Positions 48,590-62,954 of a DNA stretch of 64,000 nucleotides are shown here, one piece after another (the stretch's first letter is position 1; every line of letters starts with the position of its first letter). Below the pieces are notes generated by a model. The model had not been told where the DNA came from. It worked only from the letters and a program-made list of their open reading frames with translations, and did not search any database. Origin of the DNA: Anthoceros angustus (Eukaryota > Plantae > Anthocerotophyta); the NCBI GenBank assembly GCA_010909165.1, contig MU008204.1:141810-205809 (forward strand). Direction: 5' to 3'. The translations under genes were made by a program, and so were the position numbers.

Positions 48590-51500
48590 ATGGCCGGCAC
48601 CGCGCTGCGCACCTGCATCGGCCTGGACCGGGTTCGGGTTTCGCTGTCCTCGGACGCGTCCCCGTCCCTGCCCCTGCCCCTGGGGGTGCGCCCGCGATGT
48701 GGCAGGCCGAGGATGGTGACAATGTGCGCAGCGGCGGGCGAGGAAACCGAGCAGGCGCAGGCGCAGGCGCAGGCGCAGGAGGCGGAAGCGGAAGCGAGCA
48801 GCAGCAGCGGCAGCAGCAGCAGCAGTGGCCAGAAGGTGGTGAGCCTGAGCCTGGAAGATGTGAACCCCATCGGGCTGGGCCGGCGCTCCCGTGAGCTCTT
48901 CGACGACGTTTGGCGCAGGCTGACGGAGCTGGGGCAGCTGGGCTCCCCCCGCTCCGGTCCGGACGGCTACGAGCTGGAGAATGTGCTGGTGGGCGGCCCC
49001 ATGTGCGACTTCACAATTCCCAACGCCGACCTCACCACCGTCCTGGTGGCCGGCGCCACCGGCAAGGTGGGCCGCATTCTCGTCCGCAAGCTCCTCCTGC
49101 GAGGCTACAAAGTGAAGGTCGGTTTCCTGAGTGCGGAGACCTCCCCCTGGGCCCTCCCTATCCCTAGCTTGACCTGCATTGGATTGAATTCGGAAAGTGG
49201 GGGAAAATTGTTGGGCATTGGCAGGCCTTGGTGAGGAAGGATGATCCCGACACCCTGGAGCAGCTCCCGCGATCCGTGCAGATCGTGGTGGGAGATTTGG
49301 GCGACCCCGCCACCCTCAAGGACGCGGTTTTGGGGTGCAGCAAGATCATCTGCTGCGCCACAGCGCGCACCTCGCTCACCGCGGATCTGGTGCGCGTCGA
49401 TAACCAGGGCGTGCGCAACCTCTCCAAGGCCTTCCAGGTACCCCACCGCGTCCGCGTCCGCGTCCGCGTCCGCATCCGCATCCGCAATTGCCACTGCTGC
49501 TGCATCCCTTCTTCTCGACGCAGGATTACAACCACAAGCTGGCCCAGCTTCGGTCCGGCCGGAGCAGCAAGAGCAAGCTGCTGCTGGCCAAGTTCAGCCG
49601 CGAGAACGAGCTCCAGGGCTGCGACCTCCGGGAGGGAACCTACTTCACGGACGACATTGCTGTCAAGTACGATGGGGGAATGGATGCCAATTTGGAGGTC
49701 GGGGACGACGGAAATGCCGTCTTCTCAGGTGGGATCCGCTCCCCCGCGTGTGCCATTTCCCTTCTGTACATGCGGGGGATGTGCCCCTTGGTTCGTGACA
49801 TGCTCCCGCACCTCCAGGATACGTCTTCACTCGCGGAGGCTATGTGGAGTTCGTCAAGAGGCTTTTCCTTCCGCCCGGTTTCACTCTCGACAGGTCGGTG
49901 CCTTTTTTCTCTTGCCCTTCCGCAATGTAGTCCAATGCCGATTTAATATTTGCCTCGCCTCCCTTTCCCTCCTCCCTGCTCACGGCCGCGGGTTGGCAGA
50001 TACGATGGTTTGGTGCTGTCCGTCTGCGGGGACGGCAAGTCCTACACCCTCTTGCTGGAGGCGGGTGCTGCGGATGGCAGCTCCCCCAGCAAGTCCTATT
50101 TTTCTCGATTCTCGACCCGGTTCGGTTACAGCAGGGTGGGTCACATCCTTCGCTTCCTTCATTCCATCGTCTTGCAACCCTGACATTTTCTCCTCGGAGG
50201 CTTGAGCTCTCGGCGCCTGCTCTGCTTGGCCGCCAGCAGATCAGGATACCTTTCTCGTCGTTTCGGCCGGTGAATCCAGAGGATCCTGCGCTGGATCCGT
50301 TCCTCGTTCATACTCTCGTCATTCGATTCGAGCCACGGAAACAGGTAGGTTTTGCTCTGCCCCCTGTCGAGCGGCATCTCTGCTATCCGGAGGCGATGAC
50401 GTTCATGCGTGCGTTCAGAGGGCTCAACCCGGCAGACCAGCTCCAGCAGCTGCAAACGGGGCACCCGCAGCAGCAGCAAGGGACGTGAACAGTTTCAAGC
50501 TTGGTCTCGACTACATCAAAGCTTTACCAGTACGTCTGTTTGGAACCTAACCTATGACGGGGTGTTGTGTTGTCGTGTGTGTGCCGTGCCGTGCTGTGCT
50601 GTGCCTCCCAGTTGTCACACCCTCTCTCTTGTATTTAACGGGGTCCTGGGCTTCTGCAGGGTGGCCAGGAAACCGACTTCATCCTTGTGTCGTGTTCTGG
50701 AGCTGGTGTAGACCTCGCCAGACGGGAACAAGTCTTGAAGGCCAAACAGGTTTGTCTCTGGGCAACGGCAACCCCTGGTCTACCAGGTAGCTCATCTTGG
50801 TTCTGTTCAAGTCTAATGATGTTCATCGGGCTGTGTTTGCCGTTAGGCTGGGGAGGCAGCGTTGAGGAACTCTGGTCTTGGGTACACAATCATCAGACCC
50901 GGGCCACTTCAGGTGGGAATCTGGGGCTCTAAGGCCTCTCCTCGACCCCGCGTCGGATGCGGCGGTCACTGAGCCCGGTCACGTTGTTGGGTTTGTGGTT
51001 GCGCAGGAAGAGCCTGGAGGTCAACGAGCCCTTGTTTTCGATCAGGGTGACCGCATCAGTCAGGTTGGCCACTTGTTATGAGACAGGCACATGCTGTAGA
51101 TAGAGGCCATGCCGGGTTCTGAGATGCCTCTTTTTAACTGGATCCTTTCCCGGGTTGGGTTAATTTTTGCAGAGCATCAGCTGTGCCGATGTGGCTGACG
51201 TGTGTGTGAAGTCCCTGCACAACCCAACGGCCAGGAACCGAAGCTTTGACGTGAGTGACAGCCTGGGTTTTGCAATTTACAGGATGCATTACGGCCGATT
51301 TGGCAGAGATTTTGACACAGCAGAGTGGGGTCGGTGCTGTTGTGTTCAGGTGTGCTACGAGTACTCATTGGAGTCTGGTCAAGGGCTTTATGAACTGGTA
51401 CGTCGCTGACCACTGTCGTCACTGGTGTTGTTATGTATGTAGTTGCTTAGGATTCTGGAGAGTGAATCTCAACCACTTTCACAACGGGCCCAATGTGGAT

Positions 51501-51612
51501 CATTTGCGTGCTGTAGTTCACTAATGTTCGGCCCGTACAGGTTGCACATTTGCCCGACAAATCCAACAACTACTTGACTCCGGCTCTGGCTGTCCTTGAG
51601 AAGAACACGTAG
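48590..51612 (+). CDS. HCF173: HIGH CHLOROPHYLL FLUORESCENCE 173 (atypical SDR with CIA30 insert; psbA translation activator), multi-exon
   Basis: LEDVNPIGLGRRSRELFDDVWRR; VLVAGATGKVGRILVRKLLLRGY; DYNHKLAQLRSGRSSKSKLLLAKF; KYDGGMDA; QETDFILVSC; EEPGGQRALVFDQG; ISCADVADVCVK; terminal VAHLPDKSNNYLTPALAVLEKNT*. Confidence 0.95.
49444..49485. repeat. (CCGCGT/CCGCAT)n hexamer microsatellite in an HCF173 intron
   Basis: ccgcgtccgcgtccgcgtccgcgtccgcatccgcatccgca directly after the donor at 49438. Confidence 0.9.
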
Positions 51613-52200
51613 TTTCCCGACCCGACTGTGGAGTCGTGGATCGTTTGTATACATTCTGTCTGTACATTTTACCGTGACGCAGATGAGCTGGGTATGGGTG
51701 ATTGGGGGTACGGAACAACCCCCTCCCCAATCCCCGCCAGTGAGGTGTTGTAGCCTGTAACGCGGATATGCATCAACATTCTTTACTTCACGCACTGAAG
51801 CTGCTCTCAGCATGTTCCAGAAGTGTCTGTTGCTCTTCAGTTGCTAGAATCACAGAAAGGCGTTGCCTCAATTGCTCTCTTGTCCGGCACGAGAGATCCT
51901 GTCAGACTGCATCCATCCCGGTGCCATGCTTGTGTGATCAATCACAGCTTCTGACGACCCCTGCGCCGTCCCCAATGGACGCATGTTATTCTTGATGAGC
52001 TGCAGATGTGAGTGGGTCCCTCGGGCTTGTCCCAAGCCTAAGTATCCGGATTTGGCAGGCGGATTTGGCAGGCCCAAGAATCGGCCTTCCTTTTGTCGCT
52101 CTTGAACTGTGTGTCCTCAGCGTTACGCGGCTGCAAGTTAGCACAACAAGGCCTTACTTAAGCTACAACACACCACCAAGTTCCTCCCTCTTCCTCCTCA

Positions 52201-54733
<2,533 letters not shown>

Positions 54734-56670
54734 CCCAGTCTGGTATCATTACCTATGTCTCTAGTGCTCAGCAACGCAGCAATGCAGCATCCTAGACTAG
54801 CACATTCCAATTCCTGTGGAGGGACTGAGCAGCAGCAAGAATGTTCGTTCGTGCACTTAGGTCACCCTCGGATTTTAGCCCGATCCGCCCCCAGCTCTGC
54901 AACTGAACTGCGAACTGTGGACAAGCGTGTGGTTTGGTGTGGTGTGAAGATGAGAGCAAATTATTGTGCCAGAGCACTGGAGCTGTACAGTACCAGCCCC
55001 CGCCCCGGAGGTTGACATCCTGAAGCGTGGAAGAAAAGCTGCAGACAGGTGCTGGTGGGCTGGGACGATCTGGACAATCTGCCCAAGCTCCAGTTCCAGG
55101 CTCTCCAGGCTTTCCCAACTATCGTCTTATAATGCGGAGGACAAAACGCATCATCCATGTTCAGGACTCCAGCACGCGGGTGCGATGCCGAAGAATCAGG
55201 GCGGCTCTCTCTGCAGCATCAACTACCCAGAAACATACACAAGACTGCCTCCCATTATTCGTATTCCTCACGTGGCACACCAAGCACGTCTCATTTTTTA
55301 TTCATTTTATCAGGACCACTGTTTTGCCTCGGTGTGCGGCCCATGATTGGCCACGACGAACGCAAGTAGCCGAGTTCCAGGCCCGGGGGAAGGTGGATCA
55401 GATGCAAATGGTGAGCCCATGAGACGGAGACGTAGGGACAGGGATCGGGATCGGGGTCGGGACCCGGTCCGAGCTGGGCCGCACCGAGGCGCGCCATACG
55501 ATTCGCATGAGCCCGCCCCCTGGGGTTCATGCAAAGCTCAATGCTCGCCGGCCCGTTTCTTGTCAGGACTCGTCACCACACCATCCAACGTGGTAGGCTG
55601 CGTTACCCAAGACCTTGGCGACATGAATTCTTGGTCAAGACAGTTAACTCTGGGAACCTCAGATACCGGTTCGAGTCGCTGGATTAGCGAACAGCAAGTT
55701 CATCTGATGTACATAGCCCACCAGGCCTGCTCGGATGGGGTTACATAACGGGACGCTAAGGGAAGAAGTTAACACAACAGTACAGCGGGGTCTCTCTTTC
55801 CCTGCAGCAACAAATTGCAACAACCAGGCCTTCAATTCGGCCAACCACCGATTAACGAGCGTACTCGGTACTGCTCTGCCGTGAGGTGCAACTTTCCTGC
55901 TAGGACGCACATTTACGGTTCCGGATAAATGGGAGCGGGAGGGGAAGATGAGAGCCGCACGTCATAATGCATCGGTGTCGCTTCTACACCGACTGCTTGG
56001 CTTGCAAGAACAAATCTTCTTGCAACCTAGATGCAATGCTGTCGTCCCAACGCTCTTTGTCTCAACACTGTACGTCGACGTATCGAACTCCCAAATATGG
56101 CAGGGGCGAGTATTTGTGGCTGTGTTGAGTTGGGCTGGGCCGGCCAACCTGGGCCCCGCGATGACATGACACTGGACAGTACATACTCCCAGTCCCCGGC
56201 TCATCAAAAGACCTAGCTGCCCGGGCCTGCAAATTGTGGTAGGTATGGTGGCATTGCTACCGGCGCCATTCCAGTGTCCAGCGTTCCGATTTCCGGGCTG
56301 CGATAGGTATGGTGGGAGTGGCCTTCCCTCGCTCCCGCCAAGAGCTCGCCGGGTTACTGGCCATGGTGCGTCTTGCGGTGTGTGGAGAAGGCCTGTTATA
56401 AGAGGATCTGCAATCAGATTCTGCCTTTCAGAATTATGCACTGTGGAGAATTGGTGCTGCTTGGAGCCGCGGCTTCCTTCGCAGGCAAGTCCGGGGCGGG
56501 CTCAGCAGCGCACATTTAATTCTGCTCAGCGTCGGGAGGGAGCAAGGTTTTGGAAGGGGAGATGTGAGGTTCTGTTGCCGGTGCGATCCTGTGACAGTCG
56601 TGGATCGAGAGCGAGAGCGAGAGCGGATTTCTTTTCGGGAGGAGGTGGTGTTTGGATCCTCGGACGCGGG

Positions 56671-57018
56671 ATGGGGAGGAAGCTGAGATTCAGCATGAGA
56701 TGGCAAGCGACGCTGGACAGAGTGCGGAGGAGTACGGAGTACGTGAAGCTGGAGAACGGGAGTGACGCTCCCTTGAAGCAGAAAGGGACGAAGATGAAGA
56801 CGCTGAGGCTGGGAGCGGGAGCTGTGACGATGAGCTGCGGGATGCCACGGCTGCGCATCCGCATCCGACCTCTTGTGGTGCTCAGGCGCATGCGTAACTC
56901 GTATGAGAAATTCATGATCAACGTAGCTGCCAGAGGCGGCATGAACCACCTTGTGATGTCTAACGCCGGGGTTTACAGCGTCGGGCTCCCCGGTGCGGGA
57001 GTTCCAATTGTCTTCTGA
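56671..57018 (+). CDS. Small basic protein of unknown function, copy 1 (115 aa)
   Basis: MGRKLRFSMRWQATLDRVRRSTEYVKLENGSDAPLKQKGTKMKTLRLG...LRRMRNSYEKFMINVAARGG...GLPGAGVPIVF. The reading frame is conserved in the paralog at 58976, and it resembles an uncharacterised land-plant Y..L..K..RLGG..R.R..Y..(F/M)M family (from memory, unverified). Confidence 0.7.
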   Translation: MGRKLRFSMRWQATLDRVRRSTEYVKLENGSDAPLKQKGTKMKTLRLGAGAVTMSCGMPRLRIRIRPLVVLRRMRNSYEKFMINVAARGGMNHLVMSNAGVYSVGLPGAGVPIVF

Positions 57019-57739
57019 TCCATGTGAATTATAATGTCTACTGCGCGACCGATCGGTGTGGAAATGTTCCCTGGCAGAGGACACGAATTTTGGAGTGCAG
57101 CTGCTCGAGAGGAGTCTTGTAGACGCTGCGGCCTACGTCTTCGTTCCAGCACTCGTGGTGTCTGCCATTGCCGAGATGCGGAATTGGCCATCGAGCGGAA
57201 CAGGGGAAGTCGCTGGCTGTTGCTTGCAAGCCCGATCGATGCTTGCTTTTCCTCAGCAATTGAGGCAATTTTCCTCCATAGCAAGTTTCAGTGCACTTCA
57301 ATTTGCCCGCAGCTGCTGTCGATCTTTCCAGCAGAATCGACGTCGTTCCAATTTTCCAGAAATTGCGTCTGGTTACTCCCCATAATGCTTGTTTGTGGCA
57401 TGAGTTCCTGCTGGACTGACCATTTTCTCGGATCCGGTCACGGAGAAGATGCTTTTACCGTGCAACTATACTATTTTCATAACTTCTTTTTGTACAGTTG
57501 CTCCAACGTGGACCACGCTGGCAGTGCCTTCGTTATTTCGAAGAGCTTCTGGAGAAAAAGGTCTGTAATGATGATACTAAACCTTTCTTTGAGCTTTGCT
57601 TCCGGCCAAGCGTCGGACCTAAGGATAGCTTAAGCTCTGTTTTTTAGTGAAAAGTTTTCTGTATTTATCAAAAATATTTGCAGGCCACTCCACCCCCCCA
57701 CAAATACCCTACACCCACCAAACTCAAAAAGCTAACGGC

Positions 57740-58090
57740 AGTCTCATGTGCACAAGAGGCTACTGACCTAACCCAAGAGGCTACTTACCTAACCCAAGGC
57801 TTCAATGTCATGTGTGCACAGGAGGCTGCTTTCATAACTCCAGGCTTCAATCTCATACGTGCACAAGAGGATGCTCACCTAACTCTAAGCTTCCGGTATC
57901 TGATATGTGTGCAGGAGGATGCTCACCAAACCCCAAGCTTCCGGTAGGATGCTCACCTAACTCTAAGCTTCCGGTATCTGATATGTGCGCATGAGCATGC
58001 TCACCAAACCCCAAGCTTCCGGTATCGCTAACTATAGGCTTCAATCTCATATGTGCATAGGAGGATGCTTACCTAACCATAAGCTTCCGG
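57740..58090. repeat. Degenerate tandem repeat (about 30-55 bp units)
   Basis: Recurring ggatgctcacc(t/a)aac(t/c)c(t/c)aagcttccggta and tgatatgtgtgc motifs. Confidence 0.85.
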
Positions 58091-58230
58091 TATCGGCTGG
58101 AAGTCCTACTCCCACCACTAACCCTTCTCGCCAAACACAAGGACTATGGCCACAAATACATATGATTGTTGCAACACATACATTCTATTGTTGCAACACA
58201 TCTCATATCTGAGTCTTACGAGAATAAGTC

Positions 58231-58490
58231 TTAGAGGTGTATAGGATGATGCATAGATCAAAATGATGACCATAGATATCTTCTTAGAGGTGTATAGGAT
58301 GATGCATAGATCAAAATGATGACCATAGATATCGTCTTAGAGGTGTATAGGATGATGCATAGATCAAAATGATGACCATAGATATCTTCTTAGGTGTATA
58401 GGATGATGCAAAGATCAAAATGATGACCATAGATATCGTCTTAGAGGTGTATAGGATGATCCATAGATCAAAATGATGACCATAGATATC
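58231..58490. repeat. 53-bp minisatellite x5
   Basis: ttagaggtgtataggatgatgcatagatcaaaatgatgaccatagatatc(t/g)tc at 58231, 58284, 58337, 58390 and 58441. Confidence 0.95.
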
Positions 58491-58940
58491 GAGATTATGC
58501 AAGCCCTAGGGCCACATATGTAGTGCTCCTAGAGCTCTACATATCATATATTTTATGCACTGAACCTCGAAAATCCCTATTTTCTGGGATCTCTTGACAG
58601 TACTATTAAGCTTGCAACTAGACGAAGTCAGAGTTAATTATTTTGTAAATTATTAAGTAAAAACTGATTATTTAACAAGTAGAGTTTGGGTAAGGCATAG
58701 ATCAGACTCCTCATATCAGAGTTTGGAGAACAAGTCCTAAAGGTGTTTAGGATAATGCATATATCAAAATAATGGCCATCGATATCAAGATTATGCAAGC
58801 CCTAGGGCTATATATGTAGTGCTCCTAGAGCTCTACATATCATATATTTTGTGTGTAGAACCTATAAAATTCCTATTTTCTAAGCTCTCTTGATAGTACA
58901 GTTAAGCTTGTAACTAGACTAAGTGAGAGCTAATTAGTTT
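58441..58940. repeat. About 210-bp diverged direct repeat
   Basis: gatatc(g/a)agattatgcaagccctaggg...gtagtgctcctagagctctacatatcatatatttt...ttaagcttg(c/t)aactagac at about 58485-58650 and 58780-58940. Confidence 0.85.
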
Positions 58941-58975
58941 TAGGAGCAAGTGGTGTTTGGATGCTCAAAGGCACG

Positions 58976-59320
58976 ATGGGGAGGAAGCTCAGATTTAGAC
59001 TTAGATGGCAAGCGATAATGAACAAAGTGCGGAAAAGAACAAAGTATGTGAAGCTGGAGAATGAGGGTGATGCTCCCTTGAAGCAAAAAGGCACGACGAT
59101 GAAGACACAGAGGTTGGGAGGGGAATCTGTGAGAATGGGTTGCGGGAAACCGCTGTTGCGCATCCAACCTCTTATGGTGCGCATGCGTAACTCGTATGAG
59201 AAATTCACGATCAACGTAGCTGCCAGAGGCGGCTTGACCCAACTTGTGATGTCTAACGCCAGGGTTTTCAGCGTTGGCCTCCCCGGTGCGGGAGTTCCAA
59301 TTGTCTTTCGATCCATGTAA
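58976..59320 (+). CDS. Small basic protein of unknown function, copy 2 (114 aa)
   Basis: MGRKLRFRLRWQAIMNKVRKRTKYVKLENEGDAPLKQKGTTMKTQRLGG...MRNSYEKFTINVAARGGLTQLVMSNARVFSVGLPGAGVPIVFRSM; collinear with copy 1, including about 25 nt of leader. Confidence 0.65.
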   Translation: MGRKLRFRLRWQAIMNKVRKRTKYVKLENEGDAPLKQKGTTMKTQRLGGESVRMGCGKPLLRIQPLMVRMRNSYEKFTINVAARGGLTQLVMSNARVFSVGLPGAGVPIVFRSM

Positions 59321-59718
59321 CATCATAATATTCTTCTCGGCGGAATATTCAACGCCGGTTCCGAAAACGTTGTCGCCGCTTGGTATTTCTTGTCCAATAA
59401 CTGATTCGCTTGAAACAAGGGACTACAGAAACGACTTGGTCCACACTATGCAGGCAAGACTCATTAAAGCCTCGTTTAGAGGTTGGGGCTATTTCATTCC
59501 ATGGTCCAAGACAGTATAGTTTAGTGTTTCTGGCGGGCGTCATCGGTACATTATTAACACAAGACATAAAGATTTCCTGCAAACGTTCCGGCCAGCAATC
59601 AACTAATTAGCAAAAACCACAAGAGGATGCCTGCATGGCGGCGTCCTAAGCTTATAGAAATAGAACTAAAGTCAAGCAGCTCATAGCCAGTGCTAGGTTT
59701 CTACTCCTTTTAAATGTA

Positions 59719-61400
59719 TCATGGTTCGGGATCAACCTGGGATTCTGCTACACACATGCCAGATACACTATGAGGGACGACGGTAATGTTTCTGAGGCGA
59801 TTGTCATATGCGTCTTCGAAAGTGTCCACTGCCTTCATTGCCTCTGCATCATCTTCCTTCGTCCCATCAACTTTTGAGGCAGAAGGCCATACTGCATCAA
59901 GTGTCTGTTGACCCTCATCCAAAAGGTCTCTAGTATGTTCTTTCATTTTCTTTGCGCCTAGAGGCACAATCTGAGCCTTTCCAATTTCTTTTTCATTTAC
60001 GCAAACCTCCTTGGCCTAAAACTGAGATATTCCTCGATAGTGCGTCTCATGAGTGAGCTCCTCTTTTGCATCTGGCAATACTTCATATCCATGTACGCAT
60101 TGCGGAATGAATTCTGCATACCACTTGTCAGCCTCAATAGAAATACAATTGCGGCCAGACAACAAAGCAGCCGTCAAAGATGTCCCACTCCCGGAACAAG
60201 GATCCACTATCCAGTCGCCTTCCTTCGAGAATGGATGAGCTTCATCATTAACCCCAAAGGCCTTTGGTAGGGGCAAACGACATGTTTGTCGAGTGAATGG
60301 TATAACAACTTCTTCACCACAGTATCATGGCCAATCACCAACCGTCCATTGTTAAGTGTGCCCTGCAAAGCATTGGGTAACATGACTGCCCATTGCAGCT
60401 CACTTGTCTTCCTCAACCCCCACCCCACTGTCATGCACTCAACAATATCGAAACCACCTTTGTCATTGTTCACATTTCTGGCACTACTTCTGCATAGGCT
60501 CCCTCATCAAATGTGCATCTTCAATACCAAGCATGATTATCATCCGATATTGATCACATTCAATTAAATCATGGAAGGCGTGCAAAACATTTTCCACTTG
60601 CCAAGCATGAAACCGTCCGTCCCTAGGGCCTTTCCCTTAGATTAAAGGCACGAGAAAACAAATCCAAAGTAGGTTATCCTTACTTGCGGATTGTTCATAC
60701 TGTCTCGAAAAGCAGTCATTGATACCTCTGGTGTGCACTTCTTCAACTTGAACATTCCGAGCCTTACGGTGAAAACCTTGAATTCATCAGGAACCGGTCG
60801 TATTTCGTCTAATTGTTGTGGCTTTGTTGAGAGCAACTTCTCAAACTCTAGGTCCCCGTGTGACAAGTCCAAGTTAGCCCACACAACCCATCCCACCCTC
60901 GCTCTCTGATTAGGCTTGGCTGGTCCATATCCTGTTACCCACAATTTCAAAAGTGATGTCCACCATGCAGTATCATCCAAAGTTTCGACTTCTTGCTGCA
61001 AGAACCACTCCTTATCCAGGCATATAATCGCATCATGAGAATTAGTTAGTCTCCTCAAAAGCATAGTTTCCTCCAGATTATAAGGTGAGGACACTGGTTC
61101 TGGTTGTGCTTTCTTCTGCAACTTTGATGCACCTGCTTTCTCCAAATCTGCTGCTCCTGATTTTGTTATGCTTGCTTTTGTTGAATTCCCGAGGAGACTA
61201 CCGAGTTTTCTGTCAATGGCTGCTTGTGGCAAAGGAACATGGAAGGGTTGCACCTACTTGCCGGCGCCCAACGCGTGATCCAGTATTCAGTATCGCGGGT
61301 TTCGGCTTGAAAATCCGCCGGTGTTGTGTGCACCCCACGGCTGCTGCAACAACGTTGAAACGAAGTGAGGCCGCTTTGAAGGGGTTTTCTACTTGTGCCG
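59719..61400 (-). pseudogene. Beta-class DNA amino-methyltransferase (N4-cytosine/N6-adenine) domain protein, disrupted
   Basis: CPYQRPLGLMMKLI (motif X, cf. HPTQKP.L...LI; 60275-60234), a 1-nt frameshift, then FSKEGDWIVDPCSGSGTSLTAALLSGRNCISIEADKWYAEFI (motifs I-III, cf. S.PGD.VLDPFAGSGTT..AA..LGR..IGIE.D..Y). In-frame stops at about 60644, 60486 and 60018. The catalytic (D/S)PPY motif IV is not recognisable. Confidence 0.8.
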
Positions 61401-61889
61401 AGTTGGAGTACTTGGGAACATAAACCCTCATTTCAAACATAGTGAGCCTAGGGTTGCCCTGTTTCAAATGAACTGCTGGGCACATTACGCCGTTAAGATT
61501 TGTTCACATTAACCTTTATTATAATCGATTTGAGATTCAAATCCGGTTACATTCTTTAATGATGGTCTATGTATGGTTGGGGGAAGGCAACGCCGTTACT
61601 ATCGACTGAATTCAATGATTTCTGTTGGAGATCATCAAAGATGTGCATGCATTGCCGCTGGCACCGCTGTCTTCAAATTCCAAGTCTTTAGGGCAAGACA
61701 TTGAACATGTCACTTAGACTCCAAAGGTGCAGGTTGAGGAGTATTGTCCCCTGTGCTTTGTGAGAAGTGCACAACGATTCAACCACAATGTTGCATACAA
61801 CTCACAGCTCTGAAGAGTTTGAGGTGGCTTTCACGTGGTTTAGAACTTTGTATGCTGTGATCCATTGCCGGTGAGCTAACACATGGCTT

Positions 61890-62911
61890 GCACCGGATTT
61901 TGCAAGAGGAGGAGAATGATGTGACGATGCAATTCCAGAGGGATGTTGATGCTGCCAAGAAGAGGAAACGCAATATCCGCTTGAACGCAGACGCTGCAGG
62001 AGCGACGATGTTTGTAAACGCGACTCCTCAGACCCCTGGTGCTTTATGGACCATCGATGGTGTGTTCTGTCCTCTGTGTCTGCACTTCGATGTTGGCATA
62101 TGAAACAGGAATTGTGGACAAACGACGTGGATGTTTCACTGATGACTATTGTTGTCATGAATTTTTCAGTCGAAGGCTAGAGGAGGCGCCTGCAAACATC
62201 ACCAAGACTTCCTCAATGTCTTTCCCATACTCCAAGGAACATGAATCTCTATGCAGCTATGGAGCGGAATCCTAGAAGTTCGAGGCACGGAGCACAAGGA
62301 CAAATACCATCGACAGCATTGCGCCACCGGGGTTTGTTTCTCTTGGACAAAAGCAGGGTGTGCACGGATATCCCTCCTGATGAAGCACCGATTGTCGTCC
62401 AGAATCGGAGGAAGCGACGGGTAATGAGGGCCGATCTTTCCACCCCAAGCAAGAAGCGTTTTTGAAGTCACTAGTAGTTGTGGACATCGCGGTTAAACCT
62501 AAGGAGAAGGTTATCACACATATCATGGGAACTGGGCGCATTCGGTGTTGTTTGCAAGCATGGGACGGGTCCAGACTGAATCCCCGGCAACCCTCCTCGC
62601 ATGCGCTGGGAGCTGTTGTATGGATGGATTCCACTTTTCAAGTCATGTCTAAAAGACTGCCGAACATTGATGTCTTTCACTTACCAAACACCTTTTCCAA
62701 GTTGGAGATATGGGCCCGATACTCACGGGATATGACACGGCCTTCCATGAAGTTTGTTTCTTATGCATATTTCTTGACTCTGTGGACAATCAACTTTCCA
62801 AAGGTTAGGATTCCCAAGTCAAACAGGTTTTCTAGTTGTTCTCTATGCGAGGGTCTAAAGCGCACTATTCCCAACACATCCGGCAAGGCAAATCAAGGTT
62901 TGTTCCTTTAA
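61890..62911 (+). mobile_element. Truncated, degenerate DNA-transposase-like ORF (N-terminal half)
   Basis: VWMDSTFQVMSKRLPNIDVFHLPNTFSKLEIWARYSRDM...SYAYFLTLWTINFPKVRIPKSNRFSSCSLC matches the WM..F....D.MP...HLP...K..VY..Y..DM...S.F...W...FP.V.IPK..RFSKC..C pattern I recall for a transposase-like family of bryophytes, algae and animals. Upstream is a CVC..L.....R..F fragment. The frame ends before any DDE segment. Confidence 0.6.
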
Positions 62912-62954
62912 TCACTATGGGAATTGAATTTGGGGGAAATTGGGATATTGTTGG

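Noticed and set aside
55625-55690. tRNA B-box-like GGTTCGAGTC
   Set aside because: No T-stem, acceptor stem or anticodon arm could be paired; at most a decayed SINE head.
55347-55748. 133-aa ORF with RDRDRD run
   Set aside because: Non-ATG start, low complexity from a short repeat, and no domain or splice support.
57034-57633. 199-aa plus-strand ORF
   Set aside because: No recognisable motif; the opposite strand looks equally like a stop-interrupted coding relic. Cannot be supported without a search.
58231-58490. Box C motif ATGATGA repeated (snoRNA cluster?)
   Set aside because: No CTGA box D or terminal stems; it is simply part of the minisatellite unit.
59444-59448. CACTA pentamer as the left TIR of the MTase element
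   Set aside because: A single 5-mer with no matching inverted end or TSD visible in the window.
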